A DNA stretch of 64,000 nt from Prevotella sp. (lineage in GTDB: Bacteria > Bacteroidota > Bacteroidia > Bacteroidales > Bacteroidaceae), in NCBI GenBank assembly GCA_052273435.1, contig DAVZIG010000001.1:51812-115811 (forward strand), in the 5' to 3' direction. The notes beneath the pieces were generated by a model. That model worked only from the letters and a program-made list of their open reading frames with translations. It was not told the origin of the DNA and ran no database searches. The position numbers were made by a program, and so were the translations under genes. This document shows, piece after piece, positions 17,632 through 27,763 of this stretch (position 1 is the stretch's first letter; the number at the start of each line of letters is the position of its first letter).

Positions 17632-20154
17632 TTATTCCAATACTGGGATGCTAATGGTAGCCGGTTTTACTCCTTTAGACGAAACTATAAATTTTATTTC
17701 GCCTGGAGCATCACCACTTCGTACAATCGCGGTCACCGCTCCACTGAATAAGTCCATTTCCGGCTTCTGGAAGGGCAACAAGCATGTAGGATCACCGTTA
17801 GCCGTAGCCTCAAATGTACCATTGCCTTCAACTTTAAATTTTACCCTGCGATTGTCGGTTGGAACGATATTGCCATCTTTATCTGCGACTCGAACTGTCA
17901 AGTAGACCAGATCTTCGCCATTGGCTGACAATTCTTTTCTGTTTGCACTGACAACCAAATGATGAGGCTTCCCGGTAGTGCGGATAACTTTTTCATCAAC
18001 CTTATCACCATTGTTATCATATGCAACAACCTTTATTTCACCGGGTTCATATTTGACATCGCTCCACATTAATCTATAGCGGCTCATAAGATTGGCTGCA
18101 TCCTCTGAACGGTGTTGGAGTGTGTAATCATTATACTCCTTCCATCCATCCCTCACTTTGCTTGCATGGATAGAGGTGTCCTTGGATTTACGACCTTGCG
18201 ACACTCCGTTGACAAACAGTTCGGCTTCAGGATAAGAGGTATAGACCATTACCGGGGTAATTTTCCCTTCGCGTCCTTTCCAGTTCCAATGGGGCAGGAC
18301 ATGTAGCGTTGGAGAGTCTTTGCGCCACTGAGAGCGGTAGAGATAATAGATGTCTTTAGGCAGACTTGCTAAGTCAAATATGCCAAACATACTTGAATGA
18401 TTTGGCCAGGCATCGGTATCATAGGGCGAAGGCTCTCCAAGATAATCGAAACCGGTCCATACAAACTGACCAATCATCCAAGGATAATCGTCATCAGCAG
18501 CAAAGTCGAGATCGGGGACGTTACTCCAGTTGCAATATTCTGTTCCATAACCGGATGACTGATGATTTGCATACAAAGCATCTGCCTTCGGCTCAACAGG
18601 GAACATATATTGTCCTCTTGAAGAAACTGTGGATGCGGTTTCTGAACCAAGCACTATCTTGTTAGGTAAAAGATTGTAAGCCATCTCGTAATATTGAGGT
18701 TTATAGTTAAAACCAGGAATATCAAGAGCGGCTGCATATCCGTTATCGAGCACAGACCCTATCTGATCCATGCCACAGGTGACAGGACGTGTCGGGTCAA
18801 GCCTATGCACAAGTCTTTGAAGCATCTGAAGTTCGCCCATGCCCGGTTGTCCCCATTGCGACGGCACCTCATTGCCGATGGACCACATTACTATAGATGG
18901 GTTGTTCCGATACTGTTTAACCATGTTGGTTACATCACGTTCAGCCCACTCTAGAAACACTTTTCCGTAACCATTTTCAGATTTAGGACGAAACCCCCAG
19001 TCGTCAAATGGCTCCACCATGAGCATCATGCCTTCTTCATCACAAATTTTCACCAATTCCGGTGCGGGCATATTGTGTGATGTGCGTATAGCATTTGCTC
19101 CCATTTCCTTTAACAGCTTCACCTGATGACGCAATGCAGACTCATTGACAGCCGCTCCAAGTGGGCCAAGATCATGATGATTGCAGACACCTTTAAACTT
19201 GGTTGAAACACCATTAAGGAAAAATCCTTTTTCAGGAATGTATTCCAATGTGCGTATTCCGAAACGAGTTTCATAAGTGTCTACAATTTTACCGTCAAGT
19301 AAAAGTTGTGTCTTGGCCGAATATAATTTGGGAGATTCCGTCGACCAACGCTCCGGATTTTCTATGATAAATTTCTGAATCAATTCCTGACCGCGAGCAC
19401 GGTATTTCGTTGTTTCTTTTGCGACCTCTACACCCTCCGGTGAATAAATTGAAGTGCTTACATCTATGGTTTCTCCGTAAGGCCAATCATTAAATTGGCG
19501 CGCGCCCACAATTTCCATGCGCATATCCACCTCAGCAAGGACATCTTTTACTGTGGGAGTTGTAACGTAAGTTCCCCATACCGGTATATGCACTCGATCA
19601 GTCTCTACAAGATGAACATTGCGATATAGTCCTGCCCCAGGATACCAACGCGACTGCTTGTCGAAATTTTCAAGTTCTACAAGCAGCTCATTTTCACCTT
19701 GATGGATAAGAGAATCTATGCCGACATAAAAAGAGTTGTAGCCGTATGGCCATGTAATGGCATGACGGCCGTTGACAGAAACTTTCGCATTGCTCATAGC
19801 TCCGTCAAAAACCAGAGTATATTGCTTTGTTTCAGGATCAGAAATGTTGATTATGCGTTTGTATGCACCCTTGCCGATAAATGGCAGACCGCCTGTTCGT
19901 CCTGTCTTCCAAGTAGCTTCCTTCTCATTGTTTTGCTCAACGACTACACACTGTAGGTCATTGTCTCTGCTAAAAGGTCCGCTTATAGCCCAATCATGAG
20001 GAATGCACACTCTCTCCCAAACTTCATAAGAATCGACTCCCCCATGCTTGAACTCCCATCCGTCAGTGAGACGAGATATGGTTCGTTGGGCATTAAGAGG
20101 GATAGCAATGGCTCCAGAAAGAGCCATCGCTATCAGTATTAGATACTTCTTCAT
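17632..20154 (-). CDS. GH2 beta-galactosidase
   Basis: Signal peptide; PHDWAI, RWYPGAGLYR, FGIR, GVCNHHDLGPLG, NAIRTSHN, WSIGNE (acid/base), GSET (nucleophile) and WTGFDYLGEP. Confidence 0.92.
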   Translation of the reverse strand: MKKYLILIAMALSGAIAIPLNAQRTISRLTDGWEFKHGGVDSYEVWERVCIPHDWAISGPFSRDNDLQCVVVEQNNEKEATWKTGRTGGLPFIGKGAYKRIINISDPETKQYTLVFDGAMSNAKVSVNGRHAITWPYGYNSFYVGIDSLIHQGENELLVELENFDKQSRWYPGAGLYRNVHLVETDRVHIPVWGTYVTTPTVKDVLAEVDMRMEIVGARQFNDWPYGETIDVSTSIYSPEGVEVAKETTKYRARGQELIQKFIIENPERWSTESPKLYSAKTQLLLDGKIVDTYETRFGIRTLEYIPEKGFFLNGVSTKFKGVCNHHDLGPLGAAVNESALRHQVKLLKEMGANAIRTSHNMPAPELVKICDEEGMMLMVEPFDDWGFRPKSENGYGKVFLEWAERDVTNMVKQYRNNPSIVMWSIGNEVPSQWGQPGMGELQMLQRLVHRLDPTRPVTCGMDQIGSVLDNGYAAALDIPGFNYKPQYYEMAYNLLPNKIVLGSETASTVSSRGQYMFPVEPKADALYANHQSSGYGTEYCNWSNVPDLDFAADDDYPWMIGQFVWTGFDYLGEPSPYDTDAWPNHSSMFGIFDLASLPKDIYYLYRSQWRKDSPTLHVLPHWNWKGREGKITPVMVYTSYPEAELFVNGVSQGRKSKDTSIHASKVRDGWKEYNDYTLQHRSEDAANLMSRYRLMWSDVKYEPGEIKVVAYDNNGDKVDEKVIRTTGKPHHLVVSANRKELSANGEDLVYLTVRVADKDGNIVPTDNRRVKFKVEGNGTFEATANGDPTCLLPFQKPEMDLFSGAVTAIVRSGDAPGEIKFIVSSKGVKPATISIPVLE

Positions 20155-20159
20155 TGGTG

Positions 20160-21233
20160 TTATTTTGTTTTGAAAGCGTCCAATGCAGAAGTTGGGGCAT
20201 CGTTATCGAAGCAACCGAGCTGGTATCCGTCATTGTAACCTGCCGGTGCTTGCGGTTCCCAATAGAATATGCCTTCCACGTCAGTGTTCATCATCTTTGC
20301 AATCAATTGATTGCAAGCCTCAGCCTGGTCATATGGCATACCAATTTCACAAATCATCACAGGTTTATTGAATTTCTGCTTAACGTGCTTGATATTGGCT
20401 ATACAGTCATTTGCGACTTTCATCCAGCCGCCGGTTTCACCTTGCTGTTCAGCCCAGTAAGGATATAGCGACATACCAATCATATCATATTTGCCGCCAT
20501 TGTTTTCAAGGGCATCAAACATCCGGTCGTAAGCCCATTGATTATTGCCACCATCCAAATGGACAATACATTTCACGTCAGGAAATACACCCTTTGCTGC
20601 ATCATATCCGGCATTGTTAAGAGCAGCATATTGAGCAGGGTTCTTATCAATGTCTCCCACAGGCAGCATCATTCCCGGGGTCGTTTCATTGCCTATCTGC
20701 ACCCACTCCGGTGTAACGCCTGCATTTTTTAATGTAGTGAGAGTCTCGGTTACATGAGCTGCCAAAACAGTCTTTAATTCGTCAAAGGGAAGATTCTTCC
20801 ATGCTTCAGGCATTTCCTGATGCCCTGGGTCTGCCCATGTGTCGGAGAAATGAAAGTCTATCATTGTCCGAAGTCCAAGGTTTTCAGCCCTACGAGCTTT
20901 CAGAACAACATCATCGACATTGTTCCATCCATCTTTGGGATTTACCCAAACACGGAGACGGATGGAGTTAACTCCGCAATAGTTTTTGAGTAATTCCATG
21001 CACTCCATTTCCTGTCGTTCCTCTCCAGGGGTGAAGAACTTGCGACCTTCTGATTCCATCTGGGTAAGCCAGCTTACATCAGCTCCCTTAGCGAAGCCGG
21101 ATTCTTTTTTCACTATTTTTTCTTCCTGTCGTGGATTTGTGACAGGTCCATCTTCCGTGCATGCGCTGCAGAAGAATGCCACGGCCAACGCAGCTGAGGC
21201 TATTATTGTTGTCATTTTCATTGATCCAATCAT
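20160..21233 (-). CDS. GH53 endo-beta-1,4-galactanase, lipoprotein
   Basis: Lipobox FCSAC; KGADVSW, IRLRVWVNP, IDFHFSDTWADPGHQ, VQIGNE, MICEIG and FYWEP; ATGA overlap with the upstream gene. Confidence 0.92.
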   Translation of the reverse strand: MIGSMKMTTIIASAALAVAFFCSACTEDGPVTNPRQEEKIVKKESGFAKGADVSWLTQMESEGRKFFTPGEERQEMECMELLKNYCGVNSIRLRVWVNPKDGWNNVDDVVLKARRAENLGLRTMIDFHFSDTWADPGHQEMPEAWKNLPFDELKTVLAAHVTETLTTLKNAGVTPEWVQIGNETTPGMMLPVGDIDKNPAQYAALNNAGYDAAKGVFPDVKCIVHLDGGNNQWAYDRMFDALENNGGKYDMIGMSLYPYWAEQQGETGGWMKVANDCIANIKHVKQKFNKPVMICEIGMPYDQAEACNQLIAKMMNTDVEGIFYWEPQAPAGYNDGYQLGCFDNDAPTSALDAFKTK

Positions 21234-22939
21234 TTAAGAGAGTAAGAGTATGTTTGTTTGCCCAGATCAACAGTGAGAATATATGTTTCTCCAATTGTAA
21301 GGGCGTTGTCTCCATCAAAGCCGGTTGTGGCATCTGAATGTCCCAAATGCAAGACTCCGTTTCCTCCACCAAAGAAAAGTCCCCAGTTGTTGTTAATGAG
21401 AACCTTCACTCCCCATGGAGTTTCTTTCTTTTTCACAAATTCAGCAGTGAATATTTCGGGGTTATCTGCAGATTGAGTCATAGGATGTTCTGTCCAGTCG
21501 TCATTCAATCCAGTGAATGTTACCGTTTCTATTCTAGTCAATGCGTAAGTCAAATCCTTCATGTGGAAGTCCATGACATACAAGCCTTTTTTAGGGGCAG
21601 GAATATTTCCGTCAGACTCGGCAAGTATTAAAGAACCACTTAATCCGGTTGAACCATCGGCTGCTTTGTATGCTGTTCCCCAATCAGCTTGAGGATACGC
21701 ACGGTAGCCCCATTCGGAATCTACCCAATGAGCACCGCCATAGCTCAGAGTACTTTCATCGTAGAGAGTGATGTAATCGTCAAAGCCATCCCAATTAACT
21801 ACTCCGGAGAAATAGAGATATGGCTCTGCTGCAGGCTCTGGTGCACCTTGACCCGCAGCGATGGTTAATGCCATCGGATTTGAAAGATCGAGCACAAGAT
21901 TTGTCTCGCCAGCAGGCATGTCCACAGATATGGAAGTTCCTTTCTCACCAAAGGTCAGGTTTTGGCTATTACCTCCAAATCCAACAGTTTTGGATATAGC
22001 AGGTCCCATATCAGTGGTTTCTTTGTTGTAGAGGCTACCTTGTCCACTAATGGTTATCGTCACAGTGGTGGCCGTTGAGAGTTTGACGGGGAGCGTCCAT
22101 TGATTCGCTTTCATATTATATGTCATCTCTCCGTCTATGTCTCCGGTTACTTTCAGATTGTCTATGTGAAGTCCACTCCACCAGCCTTCAACAGTATTGA
22201 GGGTTGTGAAATAGCAGCCGGCAGGATCTGGGAACCAGAAATTCCAATGATCTTCCGCAGATGAAGCATGGAATGTTTTACCGGTTTCACCCAGGTTGCC
22301 CCATACAACATTATTAGCCTCGCGGAACCACCAGTTGGTCCAACCATTTACACCCATGAAGCCTTGATAAATTCCATTCTCTTCGGGCGATGCCAATTTC
22401 ATTGCGGTTTCGTTCCAGTCTTTATCAAGCACGGTTCCGAGAATAAGGTGAATACGATAAGACTGTACCATCACCTTTATTACCGAGGAGTATGATGGAG
22501 TCATATTAGCGGCTATTACAGAACGGATGCGAATATAGAGCGGTGCCTTTTCATCCGCTGTGTAACCGAGGCGACCAAGAAGAGAATTGAGTTCTTCGCA
22601 TAAGAACTGGCGAGAGCGCACGCCCTTCTCAACACTTAAATCAATGGTTGATGTGAAGTTCTCATCTTTTGAAAGTTGGATAGTCTCTTCAGCAGCGTTT
22701 ATTGGTCCTTGGAGAAGGCAGTCACTTAATGCGAGTTGACCATCACCATTCCAATATATTGTCATGGCCAGAGCCTGTGGGTTATCAGGCGTAAGTATTA
22801 TATCGCCAGAAGCGCCACTAAGCGTAACGTCATTAGATGGTAACACGTACACTGGATCTATATCACTCTCACACGAGGCTAAGCCAAGTGCTATGATGCC
22901 GGACAGTAATGATGTCCGAATTATATTATTGATTCTCAT
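21230..22939 (-). CDS. SusE/F-position surface glycan-binding lipoprotein (DUF5114-like)
   Basis: Lipobox LASC; located directly after susD; Trp-rich repeated beta-sandwich modules. Confidence 0.75.
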   Translation of the reverse strand: MRINNIIRTSLLSGIIALGLASCESDIDPVYVLPSNDVTLSGASGDIILTPDNPQALAMTIYWNGDGQLALSDCLLQGPINAAEETIQLSKDENFTSTIDLSVEKGVRSRQFLCEELNSLLGRLGYTADEKAPLYIRIRSVIAANMTPSYSSVIKVMVQSYRIHLILGTVLDKDWNETAMKLASPEENGIYQGFMGVNGWTNWWFREANNVVWGNLGETGKTFHASSAEDHWNFWFPDPAGCYFTTLNTVEGWWSGLHIDNLKVTGDIDGEMTYNMKANQWTLPVKLSTATTVTITISGQGSLYNKETTDMGPAISKTVGFGGNSQNLTFGEKGTSISVDMPAGETNLVLDLSNPMALTIAAGQGAPEPAAEPYLYFSGVVNWDGFDDYITLYDESTLSYGGAHWVDSEWGYRAYPQADWGTAYKAADGSTGLSGSLILAESDGNIPAPKKGLYVMDFHMKDLTYALTRIETVTFTGLNDDWTEHPMTQSADNPEIFTAEFVKKKETPWGVKVLINNNWGLFFGGGNGVLHLGHSDATTGFDGDNALTIGETYILTVDLGKQTYSYSLK

Positions 22940-22946
22940 GATTCAA

Positions 22947-24563
22947 TTATCGATATAACGGGTTAGTAAGATTCGGATTCGCAGTTAAATCTGTGTCAGG
23001 AATCGGATAGATGTTGTATCTTGCGTTTACAGCACGTCCGTCTAAAACACCGCCTTTCCACTGCCAAATATATGAGTCTGTAGTGAACTTGTCGAATCTT
23101 ACGAGGTCTGTTCTTCTTACAGACTCAAGATAAAGCTCACGTCCTCTTTCATCAAGCATAAAGTCAAGCGTGAAATCGGCATCAGATATTTTTCCACTCT
23201 CGTCATTGTTGTATGCACGCATACGAACTTTGTTGACAAGTTCAAGTGCTTCTGTTCTGGATATACCTGCGCCACCACGTAAAAAAGCTTCGGCAGCCAT
23301 AAGATAAACGTCAGCCAAACGTATCATAGGGTAATCTGTTGAGCAACCGGTTGCTGCTGAATTTGAAGCAGCAACACCGTCATCCGTTAAATTTGAGAAT
23401 TTTTCAAAGAAGTAGCCCTCTGATTGATTGTCAATTGCGCCTGTGAAATATTGTTCTTGACCATCAGTGTAGAACATTGCGCGAGAATCAGCAGTATTTG
23501 CAATATCCCCAAACTTCTCAACTATTTCGCCGCGAGCACGGAACATGCCCCATCCGTTTGTTAAGCCGTATTTGGCTGGATCCTGAGTGCTGGAGTTTCC
23601 ACAAGACCCACATACAAGGTATGTACCGCCACCCCATGTTACAGAAGTTGTAGCATCGCAAACCATAGCGAACAATATTTCATTGGTTCTTTTATGGTTG
23701 TCAGCATTAAACAGTTTAGCATATTCCGGTTCAAGATAGAGCGAAGGATTCGAAATCACCTTATGGCAAGCGGTGATACATTCGGTGTAATACTTCGTGT
23801 CTATGGTGCCACGATATATCGCACTGTTGAGATAGAGACGAGCGAGGAGTGCCCATGCGGCAGGTTTGCTGGCGCGTCCGTATTCATTTGTATCCGGGAG
23901 AGAAGAAGATGATCCTTCAGATACAAGTTCCTTCAATTCGCTTTCAATGAAATCGAACAATCCAATTCCATCGTATGCTTCTGGAATAAATCCGGTCACT
24001 GGTGTGTTTTCATCGACTTTAGGACCCTTCCGGTATAAATCCAACACCATCCAGTAGCTGAATGCTCTCATAAAACGGGCTTCTGAACGGAAAGATCTAA
24101 TTTCTTCTTGTTCCGAAGATGTGAACTTGGCAAGCTCCTCGTCTGAGCAGTGACGCAGGAATTCATTGCAAAGGGTGATATTGAAGAACAACCAGTAGTA
24201 AGAGTCCGACACCCAAGAATCTTTGGAACTCCAATTAATGTATGTCAGATCTACAAGGTTATTACCGGACAGCCAGGTATTAGCCACTTCATCTGTAGCA
24301 GCTTCCTGGAGATTGAAATATCCTCGAGAAAAGTCCTGTCCGTTGATTGTCGTTAAGTCTCCGTTATCGCCTCCCTGTCCTTGGCCAGCCAGCACATATG
24401 ATGCATAGATTTTTGCAAGGACACTTTTATAGTTGGCCGCCTCTGCATAAACATCATTTGATGTTGTCTCAGTGACAGGCATTTGGTCAAGGTCGTCTGT
24501 ACAGCTTCCGAGAAGCAGACCAAGAGCCAAGAAAATGCTTGTTAATATATTTGATTTTTTCAT
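22947..24563 (-). CDS. susD: SusD/RagB nutrient-binding lipoprotein
   Basis: Lipobox LGSC; EARFMRA, AWALLARLYLN, YPMIRLADVYLMAAEA, LDERGRELYLE.VRRTDLVRF and YPIP. Confidence 0.95.
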   Translation of the reverse strand: MKKSNILTSIFLALGLLLGSCTDDLDQMPVTETTSNDVYAEAANYKSVLAKIYASYVLAGQGQGGDNGDLTTINGQDFSRGYFNLQEAATDEVANTWLSGNNLVDLTYINWSSKDSWVSDSYYWLFFNITLCNEFLRHCSDEELAKFTSSEQEEIRSFRSEARFMRAFSYWMVLDLYRKGPKVDENTPVTGFIPEAYDGIGLFDFIESELKELVSEGSSSSLPDTNEYGRASKPAAWALLARLYLNSAIYRGTIDTKYYTECITACHKVISNPSLYLEPEYAKLFNADNHKRTNEILFAMVCDATTSVTWGGGTYLVCGSCGNSSTQDPAKYGLTNGWGMFRARGEIVEKFGDIANTADSRAMFYTDGQEQYFTGAIDNQSEGYFFEKFSNLTDDGVAASNSAATGCSTDYPMIRLADVYLMAAEAFLRGGAGISRTEALELVNKVRMRAYNNDESGKISDADFTLDFMLDERGRELYLESVRRTDLVRFDKFTTDSYIWQWKGGVLDGRAVNARYNIYPIPDTDLTANPNLTNPLYR

Positions 24564-24573
24564 TGTTCATTTT

Positions 24574-27543
24574 TTAAAAGTTAAGGCCAAGAGTTACAGA
24601 ATAAGTTCTTGGACGAGGATAAACCGCTGTATCGACTCCATTAGAGGTTTCGGGGTCTACTCCTTTATATTTTGTTATTGTAAATACATTCTGCACCATA
24701 GCTGAAACATGGAGATTCAACCCTTTGTAAATCTGGCCGAAATCATAAGCAAGCTGAATATTATCCATCTTAAGGAAGGATGCATTTTCAAGATAATAGT
24801 CGCTTAAGAATTGTCGTCTTTGGAAACGGGTGTCGAGGAAACTGCGATTGAGGTTATTGAGCTGATAATCGTTATAGCTCATAGTTTCCCATGCGCCTGT
24901 ATTCATGGCCATACCATTGAAAATATATCCTCCAATGTTTGCTCTGAGAGAGGTTGACAATGACCATTTTTTATAACGGAGATTGGTCGAGAGACCCAAA
25001 ATCCAATCCGGAGCGGGTGAATGACAATGATAACGGTCATTATTCGTAATCTGACCGTCTCCGTCTAAGTCAGCATATAGTCCTTCTATAGGACGACCGG
25101 TTTCCTGATCATAGAGCTGCTTATAAAGATAGAATGAGTATGGCGCATAGTCAGTAGAGAACACCTGCATTTGGTAAGCGTCAATCCATGGACCAACTTC
25201 TGTGTCTGGACTGGGGGCTCCTGGTGTAAGAGTAAGATTCTTGATTCTAACTCTTTGCCATGTTGCGTTTGTGGTTACAGACCAAGACCAATCCTTATTG
25301 CTGATAAGATGAGCGGTTAATGCAAGTTCAAGTCCTTTAGAATCTACATTGCCAACATTTTCCAGCATAAGTTTATCAAAGTTCGTTCCTGCCGGCACTG
25401 GGACTGTGGCAAGAAGGTTCTCAGTCTTACGTGTGTAGAAATCAGCTGAGAACGTAAAACGGTTATTCAGAAACGCTACATCGATACCATAGTTCCATGA
25501 TTTGGTTGTCTCCCATTTCAAATCAGGATTATAGGCTTCTGGACGATATGTGTACACCGGATTTCCACCAAACAAGTATTGAGCGCCATCCAAGCCAGGT
25601 GTATATACAGGGATATATCCATAGTTGGTTATACCATCCTGTTGACCCGTAACACCATACGATGCGCGGAGTTTGAGGTCATTTACAAAATCCCGAGCAG
25701 GTTCAAAGAAGTCTTCCTGAGAGATTCTCCAAGCTAAAGCCACTGAAGGGAATGTGCCCCAGCGGTTATCCTTGGAGAAACGAGAAGATCCATCCCTACG
25801 TACTGTAGCTGTCAAAAGATAACGATCCATTAACGTATAATTCAATCGACCGTAGTATGAAATCAGTGAATGGCGTTGGTCTGTGGCAGCTGATGTCGAT
25901 TGTTGTACACCTTCTGCATTCAATACGGCATAGAACGGAGTCGTGTATTTCCAATATTGATAGTCATAGCCAAAGGTTGCATCAATATTCGATTTTATAA
26001 CTTCGAAATCACGATTATAATTGGCATAGATTGTCAACAACTTATTGTAATTCTTCTGTGGTCCATATTTATAGTCGCGACCTCCGGTTGTATAGTAGGA
26101 AATAGCCTCTTTGGGAACATAGATATTTCCTTCTCCCTTAGACCAATCATAGCCTCCAGTCGCATGAAGTCTGAGACCTTTCACCCAACGGATATTCCAA
26201 TCTACATCTATATTTCCGATAACCCTATAAACATCAGATGTAGACTTATACTGATTAAGACGGCCAAGGGCATTAGCCAAGGCTCCAGTTACAGGAATAC
26301 CATTGGCATCTATCGCTTCATTGTAACCTCCAAATGAATCATTACCTGAATAAACGGGAATTGTAGGGTTCAGAGTCGCTCCACCCCAGATTGCTCCGGT
26401 ATCAGCGAATCTGTTTTTTGAGTATGTTCCTTTAAGGCTGAATTGGAAACGAAGCTCATCACGGAAGAATGAAGGCGTTAGATTCAAATTACCTGTAAAT
26501 CGTTTTGCATTGTCAGTTTTAAGAATACCTTCCTGATAATATGCTCCGGCAGATACTCGGAAAGGTAGCCATGATGCGGCACGTCCTGAAACGCTAAGAT
26601 TATTGTCGGTACCAAATGCTGTCTGATAAATCTGATCGTTCCAGTTTGTACGGCTATTGCCTAACAGCGATTTCTGATGGTCTGTCCCAAGTTCATTGAC
26701 AATGCCGATAAACTCGTCGGTAGACAGCATATCAGATGTTTTAGTTTTGGTGGATAGTGAGTTTGTAGTTTGGAATGATATTTTTATGCCATCGCCCTTT
26801 CCTTTTTTAGTGGTAATGATAATGACACCATTGGATGCGCGGGAACCATATATGGCAGTAGATGACGCATCTTTAAGAATGGTCATACTTTCTATATCAT
26901 TAGGATTGATTAGGCTGAGAAAATTTCCTGCACCGCTTACAGACCCACCAACTTCCATTGGTACTCCATCAAGTACGATAAGGGGATCGTTGGAGGCATT
27001 CAATGACGCGCCACCGCGTACTCGTATTGTAGAGCCTGAAGTAGGAGAACCCCCTCCATTTACAATTTGTACGCCGGCAATTTTTCCATTAACAAGTTCC
27101 TCCGGTGAAGAAATCATACCTTTGTTAAAGTCTTTTTCACTAACAGTCGAAACTGAACCTGTAAGGTCATCTTTCTTACGAACGCCATAGCCGATTACCA
27201 CAACTTCATCGAGTAATTCCGTATTGGCTTTCATGGTGATATTCATAACATCTGAGGTGATGTCCACTGTCAGGTTGTCATACCCAACATACGATACCAT
27301 CAGCTGCTTTGCCGTTTTGGGAACATTCAGCTTGAAATTTCCATCAATGTCCGTTGATTCACCAATCGACTCTCCGACTACTTTAACGATTGCCCCGATT
27401 AGTGGTTCTCCAGTCTCGTCAATAACAGTACCCGTAACTGTCCGTTGATTTTGTGCGAAGGCCGAAACGGGTATAAGAAGAATCGCAAGGACAACGCCCC
27501 ACAATAGGCTCCTTATTTCGGTAGCACGAATTGCTTTGTTCAT
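24574..27543 (-). CDS. susC: SusC/RagA TonB-dependent outer-membrane transporter
   Basis: LDEVVVIGYG, DLTGSV, PLIVLDG, INPNDIESMTILKDASSTAIYGSRASNGVIIITTKKG, RDGSSRF, NPDLKWE and a C-terminal Phe. Confidence 0.97.
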   Translation of the reverse strand: MNKAIRATEIRSLLWGVVLAILLIPVSAFAQNQRTVTGTVIDETGEPLIGAIVKVVGESIGESTDIDGNFKLNVPKTAKQLMVSYVGYDNLTVDITSDVMNITMKANTELLDEVVVIGYGVRKKDDLTGSVSTVSEKDFNKGMISSPEELVNGKIAGVQIVNGGGSPTSGSTIRVRGGASLNASNDPLIVLDGVPMEVGGSVSGAGNFLSLINPNDIESMTILKDASSTAIYGSRASNGVIIITTKKGKGDGIKISFQTTNSLSTKTKTSDMLSTDEFIGIVNELGTDHQKSLLGNSRTNWNDQIYQTAFGTDNNLSVSGRAASWLPFRVSAGAYYQEGILKTDNAKRFTGNLNLTPSFFRDELRFQFSLKGTYSKNRFADTGAIWGGATLNPTIPVYSGNDSFGGYNEAIDANGIPVTGALANALGRLNQYKSTSDVYRVIGNIDVDWNIRWVKGLRLHATGGYDWSKGEGNIYVPKEAISYYTTGGRDYKYGPQKNYNKLLTIYANYNRDFEVIKSNIDATFGYDYQYWKYTTPFYAVLNAEGVQQSTSAATDQRHSLISYYGRLNYTLMDRYLLTATVRRDGSSRFSKDNRWGTFPSVALAWRISQEDFFEPARDFVNDLKLRASYGVTGQQDGITNYGYIPVYTPGLDGAQYLFGGNPVYTYRPEAYNPDLKWETTKSWNYGIDVAFLNNRFTFSADFYTRKTENLLATVPVPAGTNFDKLMLENVGNVDSKGLELALTAHLISNKDWSWSVTTNATWQRVRIKNLTLTPGAPSPDTEVGPWIDAYQMQVFSTDYAPYSFYLYKQLYDQETGRPIEGLYADLDGDGQITNNDRYHCHSPAPDWILGLSTNLRYKKWSLSTSLRANIGGYIFNGMAMNTGAWETMSYNDYQLNNLNRSFLDTRFQRRQFLSDYYLENASFLKMDNIQLAYDFGQIYKGLNLHVSAMVQNVFTITKYKGVDPETSNGVDTAVYPRPRTYSVTLGLNF

Positions 27544-27763
27544 AGAAATGTTATTATTGTTTAGTAATATCTTTAATATTTAGGTCAATACATGTTATTA
27601 GCCATCTCTGTAAAGTTAAAACAATCTTTTTACCTTAGAATCGTACCCGGTTATGTGATGCAAAATTAGATATAATGAATGATATGGATGGACTGAAATT
27701 GGACAAATGATACAACATTTCGGACTTTGTAATTTTCATTCGTCCATATTGTAAGTTTTTGTC

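Noticed and set aside
17299..17751. Short ORFs between the repeat array and the GH2 stop
   Set aside because: No recognisable family, and partly translations of the repeat. A degraded gene fragment cannot be excluded but is unsupported.
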